From a virus: 64,000 nt of DNA. The notes beneath the pieces are model-generated. The model was not told the origin of the DNA and did no database searches. It saw only the letters and a program-made list of their open reading frames with translations. Every line of letters starts with the position of its first letter. Positions within the stretch are counted from its first letter, which is position 1. Of this stretch, positions 38,503 through 46,980 are shown piece by piece. A program made the position numbers and the translations under genes. The stretch lies in the IMG/VR virus record IMGVR_UViG_3300042922_000836, positions 1 to 64,000 of that record; one strand, 5' to 3'.

Positions 38503-39636
38503 TTGTATAATATTGAACAAGCTGATATTGATATAACAAAACAGTCTATTCAAGAGTATTACTGCAAAATAGAATTACTCAACAGAGATATGAAAACCAT
38601 TGATGAAATGTCAGGTGATCTAATATCTGGTAGTTTGACAATTGATGCAGATTCCGATATAAGACGGACATGTGATGTAACATTTCATGTAAAAGATAAA
38701 AGCTATTTAATTGGTTCAGATTCAAAAATCTGGATAGATAAATTTATGAGAATTTACATTGGAATTGTACATCAACGTTCTAAAACAATAAGATGGTATT
38801 CATTGGGTATTTTCATTTTTAATGATAATTCATATAGTTATGACAATCAATCTAAATCTTTAAGTATAAATTGTGCTGATATGATGTGTAAGCTCACAGG
38901 AACAAGAAACGGTCAATTACCGAGTTTAACTACAGAAATTCCTGTGGATAGTAATATAAGAAATGCTATGATTTCAACAATAACACAATTAGGATGGGTA
39001 AAAAAATACATTATAAATGATATTAATAAGCTTGTTCCTTATGATTTAAAATTTAGTACAGGTCAATCTGTATACGATGTTATAGCTAAATTACGTGATT
39101 TATACCCAGCTTGGGAAACATATTTTGATGTTGATGGCACTTTTATTTGCAAACAAATACCGACAGGAACTAATGAAGCTGTTATTATTGATGATAGTGT
39201 TTTATCGGATTTATTAATCAGTGAACCTTTGAGTAACAGCTTTAACGGTATAAAAAATGTAACTCGTATATATGGCAAGGATACTGTTTTTGCAGAATAT
39301 AAAGAAACTTCTGTTGATAATCCATTCTCAACTGTAAATATCGGTGAAGAAATTGTTCAAGTATTTGCAGATGGAGATTATGCTAAAATTACAACAAATG
39401 AATTAGCAATGGAAAGAGCAAAATATGAAACTTGGAAATCTACATATTTAAAAGATCAAAGGTCTTTTAATATGCTGTATATTCCCTTTCTTGATGTAAA
39501 TCAGAAAATTTCATATAGGTCAACAATAACTAACAATATCGAAACTGATATTACAAAAAGAATATCGGTTTCTTTTTTAACTGGAACAATGACAGTAGAT
39601 ACTGTAAAATTTTATCCACTTTATGAGTGGTTATAA
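38503..39636 (+). CDS. baseplate hub/Tal-like protein
   Basis: 377 aa; DADSDIRRT...YFDVDG...IPFLDVNQKI pattern typical of hub proteins. Confidence 0.6.
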   Translation: MYNIEQADIDITKQSIQEYYCKIELLNRDMKTIDEMSGDLISGSLTIDADSDIRRTCDVTFHVKDKSYLIGSDSKIWIDKFMRIYIGIVHQRSKTIRWYSLGIFIFNDNSYSYDNQSKSLSINCADMMCKLTGTRNGQLPSLTTEIPVDSNIRNAMISTITQLGWVKKYIINDINKLVPYDLKFSTGQSVYDVIAKLRDLYPAWETYFDVDGTFICKQIPTGTNEAVIIDDSVLSDLLISEPLSNSFNGIKNVTRIYGKDTVFAEYKETSVDNPFSTVNIGEEIVQVFADGDYAKITTNELAMERAKYETWKSTYLKDQRSFNMLYIPFLDVNQKISYRSTITNNIETDITKRISVSFLTGTMTVDTVKFYPLYEWL

Positions 39637-39649
39637 AGGATGTGAATAA

Positions 39650-40621
39650 ATGAATCAAATATATAATGATTTAGAAAATAAATTCCCTGTAGAGGTTGAT
39701 GATTTTCCCCGCTTTTCCGATCCTGATTTAACAGCTATAGGATATATTAATCAGTATTATACTTTATATAATGCTGGTGATGTGGCGGGTGCAACAGCAA
39801 TATTAGATAGTTATCCTCAACTAAAGACAATGATATTTAATGCCTCAAATATGAATAAAGAAAGAGATGCAATTATATCTGTTCAAAGATTTTTCTTTGA
39901 TGAAGTGCAAACATATTTAGTTGAAATAATTAAAAACAAAGGTGTTTATAATGCCTCTGCTACATATACCAAATATGATGTTGTTAGTTATGTAAATAAT
40001 GGTGCAACTGAATACTATATGGGTATTGTTAAAGTTATTCCTGTTGGTACACTTCCCATTGATACCAATTATTTTATAGCTTTAGTATTAAGAGGTGAAC
40101 AAGGTGCAAGTGGTATAGGTCTTGCTCCGAGAGGTGCATGGAACTCAGCAACCGCTTATTTAAAAGATGACTGTGTATCTTATAATAATATTTTGTGGCA
40201 ATGTTTAAGTAATAATACTAACACAATACCTGTAGATGGTAGCGGTGTTTGGGTAGCAATTATGCATAGTGCTTCGCAAATTTTATTTGGAACTTCAGCA
40301 CCTACATCACAAGCAAATGATGGAATTTGGTATCAAGTTGATGCTAATGGAAAGAAGAGAGAATTTAGAAAAACCAATGAGGGTTATGTTGAATTATTTG
40401 CAACAACAAAATCAAATAATGTTTCTATGGTTGATGGTTCTTCTTTAGAAGATAAAATGAATTCTCATACTCATTCACCAATATCTATCATACAAGATAC
40501 AAATAATAAATTTGTTTCCGATGTTGAAAAAGAAAAATGGAACACAAAACAAACTGCGATTACATATGGTACAATCGATCCGACAGGTGGTAATAACGGT
40601 GATGTTTATATCAAAATATAG
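39650..40621 (+). CDS. baseplate/fibre protein with carbohydrate-binding-like repeats
   Basis: YNASATYTKYDVV and WNSATAYLKDDCV repeats; C-terminal PTGGNNGDVY. Confidence 0.6.
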   Translation: MNQIYNDLENKFPVEVDDFPRFSDPDLTAIGYINQYYTLYNAGDVAGATAILDSYPQLKTMIFNASNMNKERDAIISVQRFFFDEVQTYLVEIIKNKGVYNASATYTKYDVVSYVNNGATEYYMGIVKVIPVGTLPIDTNYFIALVLRGEQGASGIGLAPRGAWNSATAYLKDDCVSYNNILWQCLSNNTNTIPVDGSGVWVAIMHSASQILFGTSAPTSQANDGIWYQVDANGKKREFRKTNEGYVELFATTKSNNVSMVDGSSLEDKMNSHTHSPISIIQDTNNKFVSDVEKEKWNTKQTAITYGTIDPTGGNNGDVYIKI

Positions 40622-40649
40622 AGTGGGTTCTTTTGAACTCACTCTTTTT
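40621..40649 (+). terminator. hairpin/terminator
   Basis: GAGTGGGTTC-TTTT-GAACTCACTC followed by a T run. Confidence 0.6.
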
Positions 40650-40663
40650 AAGGAGGAATATTT

Positions 40664-42022
40664 GTGTTTATTATAAAAATGAATTCTGATAAAAGTTTAT
40701 CTGTAGTTAAATCAAGTATTGTTTATGTCGGAGAAAATGGTGCAGAACAAGTTATGATTTTGTTACCGAATATGTATGACAATCATGATTTAAGTACATT
40801 TTCTGTTAGAGTTGATTTGATTACCCAAGGTCAAACTGGTAATGCACATACATTAACATTTGTTGCAAGTGAATATCAAGGATATTTAAAAGCCTATTTT
40901 GATATAGATTATATATTAACTTTTAATTCAGGTCGAATAGAACTTTGGTTAACAATGGAAAAAGTTCCTTTAATTGTTTTAAAGACAAGTTCAACTTTTA
41001 TTCCTGTCAATGACCATGAAATTATTAGTGATTTTATTCCCACATCACAATTGGATTTACTTGATGGTTGGCAAAATAAGATGGATGAAACATATACTAA
41101 TGCTCAAAAAGCAGTAACTGATGCTACAGCACAAGCTAATATTTCAACAGAACAAGCAACAATTTCTTTAAATTCTGCAAATACTGCGGTTCAAAAAGTA
41201 ACAGAGGCTAATACAAGTGCTGGTAATGCTTTATTGAGTGAACAAAATGCAAAAGCAAGTGAAACTATAATTTTAAATAAAGTTACAGAGGCAGAACAAC
41301 ATGCTTTAAATAGTTCAAATTCTGCAATTTCAGCAGAGCAACAGGCTATTCTTGCTTATCAATATGCCCAACAAGCACAGGATGTTGTAACAGGTGAAAT
41401 AATAATAACCGACTTTGCTATTCAAAACAGTAAACCTATGTTTTCTCAGTCAATGTTCAGGGAAAATATTGTAAGTGGTACAGATACTTTATCTATAATA
41501 CTTGGTAAACTTATGAAATTGTATTATGATTTACAACCGATAGCATATAAATCTCAAATATCAAAAACTGATATTGATACAGCATTTGCATTTGAATTAG
41601 ATGGAAAATTAAATTCATCCGTATATACAGCACAAGATATATTAGCTAAATTACAAACAGTTGATGGATTAGGTAGTGGTATAGACAGTGAAACATTAAA
41701 TGGTTTATTTGCAAATGATTTTAAAGCTTATACAAATACAGCTATTGCAGAACTTATCGACCAATCACCTGATACACTTGATACATTATACGAATTGTCA
41801 ACTGCTTTAGGAAATGATCCTAATTTCGCTACAACCATAACAAATTTAATTGCAACTAAAGCCGATGGTAATCATACTCATACAGATTTACATACTCACA
41901 GCAATAAAACTTTATTAGATAGTATTACAACAGATAAGATTAGAAAAACTACCATATCTAATCTTGATCCAATAGATGGTGAAGGTATTGATGGCGATAT
42001 TTGGATTAAATATACACCATGA
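40664..42022 (+). CDS. upper-baseplate (BppU-like)/fibre protein
   Basis: N-terminal BppU-like domain, Ala-rich coiled coil, PDTLDTLYELSTALGNDPNFATTI fibre motif. Confidence 0.7.
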   Translation: MFIIKMNSDKSLSVVKSSIVYVGENGAEQVMILLPNMYDNHDLSTFSVRVDLITQGQTGNAHTLTFVASEYQGYLKAYFDIDYILTFNSGRIELWLTMEKVPLIVLKTSSTFIPVNDHEIISDFIPTSQLDLLDGWQNKMDETYTNAQKAVTDATAQANISTEQATISLNSANTAVQKVTEANTSAGNALLSEQNAKASETIILNKVTEAEQHALNSSNSAISAEQQAILAYQYAQQAQDVVTGEIIITDFAIQNSKPMFSQSMFRENIVSGTDTLSIILGKLMKLYYDLQPIAYKSQISKTDIDTAFAFELDGKLNSSVYTAQDILAKLQTVDGLGSGIDSETLNGLFANDFKAYTNTAIAELIDQSPDTLDTLYELSTALGNDPNFATTITNLIATKADGNHTHTDLHTHSNKTLLDSITTDKIRKTTISNLDPIDGEGIDGDIWIKYTP

Positions 42023-42038
42023 TAGGAGATGATAATAT

Positions 42039-43001
42039 ATGGCTTTAATAAAAAATTTACCTATTGGTACAATCGTTAAGGATGTCAATACAAAATATTA
42101 TGGAGTGCCTATAAATTTCATAGTTTTAGACCACAATCATTCAGGATATCCAGATAATTCAACCACTTTATTTGCAGAAAAATCATTCAGATTTATATTT
42201 GTTGATGGAACTGAGTTAGGTGGTGGATCAAGAGGTAGTAACGGTAGTAACCGATGGAAATTTTCAAATTTAAGACAATGGTTAAATAAAGATTGTCTTC
42301 CTTGGTGGGTAGCAACACATCCTGATGATAGACCACCCGCTATAGCATATTCAGTTCCTACTTATCGAAATGTTTATGATACTGAGATAGGATTTCTTTC
42401 CAACTTATCACAAGAAATGAGAGATGCAATGTTCTCAACATCATATACTGTAGCAAAAGCTACATTTGATGGTGGTGGAGTGGAAGTCTTACAAGATTTA
42501 ATTTTTTTATTATCAAGAACTGAATTGGGTTTAGGTAATGAAATAACAAATTCTCCAGAGGGTGTTGCCTTTTCATATTTTAATTCAAATATAAAAAGAA
42601 TTGGTTATTATACTCCAGAGGCGGGTATTAATTCTTATAAAACACCAAACACATCATCTAATAATAGCTATTGGATTAGAACACCCGCATTAGGTTATGA
42701 ATATCAAACTCGTGTTATAAATTCTGGTGGTCTTACACCAACATATGGTGAAGCTTGTTTTAGTGGTTTAACAGGGTTAAGACCAGCATTAAATATTTCT
42801 TCAGATACTTTAGTTTCAGATGTCGTAAATGAAGATGGTTCATATACACTTTTTAGTGGTGGTGTAACTACTCCTACATCAAACATTCAAGTAAAAATGA
42901 ATGGAATTATATATACCAATACACAAGCATTTGTTAATGTAAATGGTGTGTGGAAACAAGGAGAAGTCTTTGCTAATGTAAACGGTTTATGGAAGAAATA
43001 G
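42039..43001 (+). CDS. DUF6273-like receptor-binding protein
   Basis: SNLRQWLN, IFLLSRTE, YWIRTP and GLRPAL motifs; C-terminal NGxW repeats. Confidence 0.65.
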   Translation: MALIKNLPIGTIVKDVNTKYYGVPINFIVLDHNHSGYPDNSTTLFAEKSFRFIFVDGTELGGGSRGSNGSNRWKFSNLRQWLNKDCLPWWVATHPDDRPPAIAYSVPTYRNVYDTEIGFLSNLSQEMRDAMFSTSYTVAKATFDGGGVEVLQDLIFLLSRTELGLGNEITNSPEGVAFSYFNSNIKRIGYYTPEAGINSYKTPNTSSNNSYWIRTPALGYEYQTRVINSGGLTPTYGEACFSGLTGLRPALNISSDTLVSDVVNEDGSYTLFSGGVTTPTSNIQVKMNGIIYTNTQAFVNVNGVWKQGEVFANVNGLWKK

Positions 43002-43008
43002 AAAGGAA

Positions 43009-43389
43009 TTGCACATGGACAAGCCTGAAATAAAGAAAAGGAAAAGAAAAAAGAAGAACAAAAAACCTAAAATAGAATTTACAAAATTGCTTGTTGCTAT
43101 CGTAAACATATTCGGAATTTTATGGGTAGAACAATCATACATACTTGCCTTTATGGGATATGACAGTAACTCCGAAGTTACTGTCACAATTGTTTCTGCC
43201 CTACTTGGAGTTGTTAATTCAGGCTATTTCCTAAAAAGTTTTGGCGAAAAAAATAGCATGAATAAATTTAATTATCATGAAGATTTTGATTATGACGATG
43301 TTGAAATTGTTAATGAAGATGCAGATATTCCTTTAGAATCATTTAATGAAATACCTGAATCTGCGATAACACAGAAAGGAGAAATGTAA
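43009..43389 (+). CDS. two-TM membrane protein (holin-like)
   Basis: Basic N-terminus, two hydrophobic helices, directly upstream of the endolysin. Confidence 0.55.
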   Translation: MHMDKPEIKKRKRKKKNKKPKIEFTKLLVAIVNIFGILWVEQSYILAFMGYDSNSEVTVTIVSALLGVVNSGYFLKSFGEKNSMNKFNYHEDFDYDDVEIVNEDADIPLESFNEIPESAITQKGEM

Positions 43390-44168
43390 TGGTAATAATC
43401 AATAAACCTACTACAAATAAATATTCAAGAGATGGTAATATACCTGACATGATATGTTGTCATCAGACTTCTGGAACTAAAGCAAGTTCTGCCTTAAACT
43501 GGTTTTTAGATAAATTAAGTTTTACTTCTGCAAACTTTTTGGTAGACCAAGATGGTACGATTTATCAATGTGTTCCGATAAATTATGGTGCTTGGTGTAA
43601 TGGAAATAAAATAAAATTGTCTGAAATAAATGAATCCAATCACTATACAAAATCGTTAAATCCGATTATACGCAGTAGAAAAATTAATGCAAATAAATAT
43701 ACTGTTTCCATTGAGTTTGTACATAAAGGATTAGGAGATATAACAGACAAACAGAAAGAATCTGGTCTGTGGTTGATGAAATACATAATAGCTGAGATCA
43801 AAAGAATTTATAATTATGACTTCATCATAGATAGACAACACATCATAGGTCACTATGAAATTAGTCCTGTTAAAAAGGCGGGATGTGCTGGGAAATTGTT
43901 TCCCTACGATTATTTTATTAACGGTTTAAAAGGTAATGAACCTGTAAAAATACCTGTAAAAGTTAATAATATTATTGAAATTGGAGATAAAGTTGAATAT
44001 GCTGGAGCAATTTTTACAAATAGTTTAGGCGAATGTAAATCATGTAAAGGTTATAGAACAGGCACAGGAATTGTTAATGATATTAATGACAATAAAGCTG
44101 GTTATCTTATTGATGGTCAAGATAAAGGCTGGTTTAAAAAAGAAAGTTTAAAGGAGATACAAAAATGA
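43389..44168 (+). CDS. endolysin, N-acetylmuramoyl-L-alanine amidase (Amidase_2)
   Basis: CCHQT, SANFLV, AWCNG, SIE, IIGHYEI...GCAG; SH3-like C-terminus. Confidence 0.88.
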   Translation: MVIINKPTTNKYSRDGNIPDMICCHQTSGTKASSALNWFLDKLSFTSANFLVDQDGTIYQCVPINYGAWCNGNKIKLSEINESNHYTKSLNPIIRSRKINANKYTVSIEFVHKGLGDITDKQKESGLWLMKYIIAEIKRIYNYDFIIDRQHIIGHYEISPVKKAGCAGKLFPYDYFINGLKGNEPVKIPVKVNNIIEIGDKVEYAGAIFTNSLGECKSCKGYRTGTGIVNDINDNKAGYLIDGQDKGWFKKESLKEIQK

Positions 44169-44533
44169 ATATTGGAATAATTATAGAAAACTGGTGGATA
44201 TTTGCTTTAATTGCGGGTGCGTGTTTTGGTGCGGGTATGTGGGTACATAATTTTATGTTATTGCCTATAGAGGAAAAGAAAAAAAGAATTGGTGCATTTT
44301 TACTTGGCTTAATGATACAGGCAGAAGATAAATTTAAATCTGCTGAAGGACAAGCACGTTTTGAAATTGTTCTACAGTGGTTTTACGCACAATGTCCAAA
44401 ATGGCTACAAGGAGTTTTTACATACGATGATTTAAGAAAATTTGCACAAGAAATTTTTGATAATAAAAAAGTTGTTATAGAATCGGCAGTAAAAAAGACT
44501 GAGGAAGCTAAGACAGAAGTAGCAGAAAAATAA
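44165..44533 (+). CDS. holin (putative)
   Basis: N-terminal TM helix, AE...G..RF..V pattern, overlaps the endolysin stop. Confidence 0.6.
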   Translation: MNIGIIIENWWIFALIAGACFGAGMWVHNFMLLPIEEKKKRIGAFLLGLMIQAEDKFKSAEGQARFEIVLQWFYAQCPKWLQGVFTYDDLRKFAQEIFDNKKVVIESAVKKTEEAKTEVAEK

Positions 44534-44540
44534 TTCTTTA

Positions 44541-44571
44541 GGGATATACAGAAATGTATATCCTTTTTTTT
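44541..44571 (+). terminator. terminator of the lysis module
   Basis: GGGATATACA-GAAA-TGTATATCCT followed by a T run. Confidence 0.8.
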
Positions 44572-44581
44572 ACAAAATCTA

Positions 44582-44610
44582 TTGACAAATGGTAATATAT
44601 AAATTATAAT
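44582..44610 (+). promoter_or_regulatory. consensus sigmaA promoter
   Basis: TTGACA-17 nt-TATAAT. Confidence 0.8.
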
Positions 44611-44616
44611 ATTGAT

Positions 44617-44683
44617 ACAATTTGTTAAGTGGAATCCCAACTCCCTTTTTATGAGCATACAGAAAATGTATGCTCTTTTTTTT
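44617..44683 (+). ncRNA. putative ~65-nt sRNA
   Basis: Lies between a perfect promoter and terminator GAGCATACA-GAAAA-TGTATGCTC-T8; no ORF; contains CCCAACTCCCTT. Confidence 0.55.
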
Positions 44684-44685
44684 AC

Positions 44686-44714
44686 TTGATTTCTTATGTA
44701 AAATATGTTATAAT
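44686..44714 (+). promoter_or_regulatory. sigmaA promoter with extended -10
   Basis: TTGATT-17 nt-TATAAT, with TG one base before the -10 box. Confidence 0.65.
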
Positions 44715-44737
44715 GTTTCCATTATTTTATGTAAAGG

Positions 44738-46162
44738 ATGATAAAGATAAAAAAAGAAGTTGATTTTGAAACTATACCTTTTATTTGTGAATCACTTGCG
44801 ATTATAGATAAAATTCGCATTGACATCGACAGATTTTATGAAACAAATAAAATTGTATTTTATAATTATGCGAAAAACAGTAAATGGTATAATTGCTCTT
44901 TATTTTCTGAGGGTTCTATTTTACACGAAGAAACTTGTAGGAAGGTATTGGGCATAATGGAAAGCGAAGATGAAACACATCCTACAATGCAAATGGTATT
45001 ATATTTTTGTGATAAAGGTTATCATGATGTTTTTAATTATGTACAAACACATAATGAAATTTACGTAAATGAATATACAAAGCATTTATCCAAAAAGAAA
45101 AATGTTGAAAATATAAATGATGATTATATCAATGGAAGTATTACCATTCTTATATTTCTCGCAAATAGTTTTGAAAAGCCAATTAAAAATGATAATATGC
45201 TTAAAGTTTATGTGGATGCAATGTTAAGAAGGCTTAATAGATTTGCTGAATCACCTATAACATCAAAAATTATAAAGGAAGAAAGTAAAGCAAAAATACA
45301 ACAGTATAAAGATATTCTCTTTGAAAAGTACGGTAACTTTCGCAATTATAATAAAAGTGTTTTAAACGAAAGAAGTTATTATGAAAATATCATATTTGAT
45401 ATGGAGAGGATTTCTTATGTCACTTTATTAAATGATGGGTTGGAAATAACATCGGAAGAATTTAATATTTTATTGTTTTTTGCATGGGAGAATTTTAACG
45501 GTGTTGATTTAACTGCTGACCAATTATTCGATTTCCTTGTTCCTAAAATGGATATTTTGTTTTTATTAAAAGCTTATAGAGATGGTAAAAAGCTTTACTT
45601 TAAAAACAATAAAGAAACAATGTTTGTTGATCTTCAAATGATTAATTTACAGCTTACAACTTTAATTGATGATTATGAAAAAAAGAAAAAAGAAATTGAT
45701 AATTTAAATGATATAGTTTCCAAAAAGGATAAAGAAATTGAAAAGCTAAGAGCCGAATTAGAGGAATCAAAAGCAAATGACAATGAATTAATTGCCTTGC
45801 GAAACTTAATGTTTACACAGGAACATAAAGAAAATAATGAGGTTTCAGATGTTGTAAATGATGTCGCTAAAGTTCAGTTAGAGAGCATTAAAGGGTGCTT
45901 TATTGGGGGTAATGAAAGTTTACAGACAAAGCTTAAACCTATCTTAAAAAGCACTGTATTCCTTAATATGAACAACCTTAATTTCGATGTAAATGTATTG
46001 AATGTTGATTATATTTTTATCTACACAGATTGTCTTAATCATGCTATGTATTATAAAGTTATTGATTATATTCGGAGTAAAAACATTAAACTTTTATATA
46101 TAAACAACCGAAATATAGATATAATCAAAAACGAAATAAATAAATTTATTATGAAAATATGA
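44738..46162 (+). CDS. moron-like protein: helical domain, coiled coil and DUF2325-like C-terminus
   Basis: C-terminal FIGG...DYIFIYTDCLNHAMYYKV; has its own promoter. Confidence 0.6.
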   Translation: MIKIKKEVDFETIPFICESLAIIDKIRIDIDRFYETNKIVFYNYAKNSKWYNCSLFSEGSILHEETCRKVLGIMESEDETHPTMQMVLYFCDKGYHDVFNYVQTHNEIYVNEYTKHLSKKKNVENINDDYINGSITILIFLANSFEKPIKNDNMLKVYVDAMLRRLNRFAESPITSKIIKEESKAKIQQYKDILFEKYGNFRNYNKSVLNERSYYENIIFDMERISYVTLLNDGLEITSEEFNILLFFAWENFNGVDLTADQLFDFLVPKMDILFLLKAYRDGKKLYFKNNKETMFVDLQMINLQLTTLIDDYEKKKKEIDNLNDIVSKKDKEIEKLRAELEESKANDNELIALRNLMFTQEHKENNEVSDVVNDVAKVQLESIKGCFIGGNESLQTKLKPILKSTVFLNMNNLNFDVNVLNVDYIFIYTDCLNHAMYYKVIDYIRSKNIKLLYINNRNIDIIKNEINKFIMKI

Positions 46163-46175
46163 AAGAGGTTTAATT

Positions 46176-46499
46176 ATGAAAAAATATAAAGATTTAGATA
46201 TTGATGAAAAAGAAGAAATAAGAAAGAATGGTCAAAGACCAGTTTCATGTGATAAGTGTGGTTATGAATGGATAATGGACAGTAGAGAATTATTAAAAAT
46301 ATTAAGTGAAAAAAAAGATCCTTGTCCTTGGTGTTCAAGAGAGGCAGAAAAATATATACCTAAATGTCCGACTTGCCAATCCCCTGATGTTAAAAAATTA
46401 ACCAACACACAAAAGGCAGTTTCGGCTGGAATGTTTGGATTATTTAGTGGTAGAGTAAAGAAAACGTTCCATTGTAACGGTTGCGGGTATGAATGGTAA
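46176..46499 (+). CDS. double Zn-ribbon protein
   Basis: Four CxxC pairs; PKCPTCQS...GLFS...CNGCGYEW. Confidence 0.7.
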   Translation: MKKYKDLDIDEKEEIRKNGQRPVSCDKCGYEWIMDSRELLKILSEKKDPCPWCSREAEKYIPKCPTCQSPDVKKLTNTQKAVSAGMFGLFSGRVKKTFHCNGCGYEW

Positions 46500-46532
46500 T
46501 ATTGCACAAAGTCTAAAAAACATAGTAAAAAT

Positions 46533-46568
46533 GAGGGTTTGGACAATTTTCCAAATCCTCTTTTTTTT
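46533..46568 (+). terminator. intrinsic terminator (possibly bidirectional)
   Basis: GAGGGTTTGGA...TCCAAATCCTC followed by T8. Confidence 0.75.
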
Positions 46569-46616
46569 CATCCTATTAATATTTTGCCACCAGTGACAGG
46601 AAATATATAGGATGAA
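46567..46616. other. attP of the large serine recombinase (central CA/TG dinucleotide at 46591-46592)
   Basis: Perfect terminal inverted repeat TTCATCCTAT/ATAGGATGAA and inner TGCCAC-CA-GTGACA, symmetric over 50 bp; the core encodes SCHW of YyaL on the - strand. Confidence 0.75.
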
Positions 46617-46619
46617 CTT

Positions 46620-46781
46620 TTAGCTATACCCAATAGATAAGAAAACAGGCTTGTTTTCCAGTTTAGCTTTATTAAAAGCTTCAACTCCCCAAGGAAACCA
46701 ATCAACTGGATTATTTGCATGTTGTAATAGATAAGGTGACTTCTCCTTGGCTAATCTATTGGGTATATTAAATTCAATCAC
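46620..46781 (-). pseudogene. yyaL: 5' fragment of yyaL (thioredoxin-domain, DUF255/SPATA20 family)
   Basis: [53 protein letters not shown], with SD AAAGGTGG; not in the ORF track. Confidence 0.85.
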
Positions 46782-46868
46782 ATTAATCACCACCTTTAAT
46801 TTTAGAATAATTTTAATATATCCGTATTAATAAAAATTAAACTAAAATACAATGGAAACAATAAAATT

Positions 46869-46897
46869 ATAATATCATATAATATTATTTCTGTCAA
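46869..46897 (-). promoter_or_regulatory. sigmaA-type promoter for the yyaL fragment
   Basis: TTGACA-17 nt-TATTAT with extended TG, on the - strand. Confidence 0.5.
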
Positions 46898-46917
46898 TAA
46901 AAATACTTTTTTATACA

Positions 46918-46950
46918 ACAAAAAACCATCTTATTACATTAAGATGGTTT
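46918..46950 (-). terminator. terminator after the recombinase
   Basis: AAACCATCTTA...TAAGATGGTTT, with an A run on + (U run on -). Confidence 0.6.
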
Positions 46951-46980
46951 AATTTAAATTTTAAATTTGTGTTATTAATA

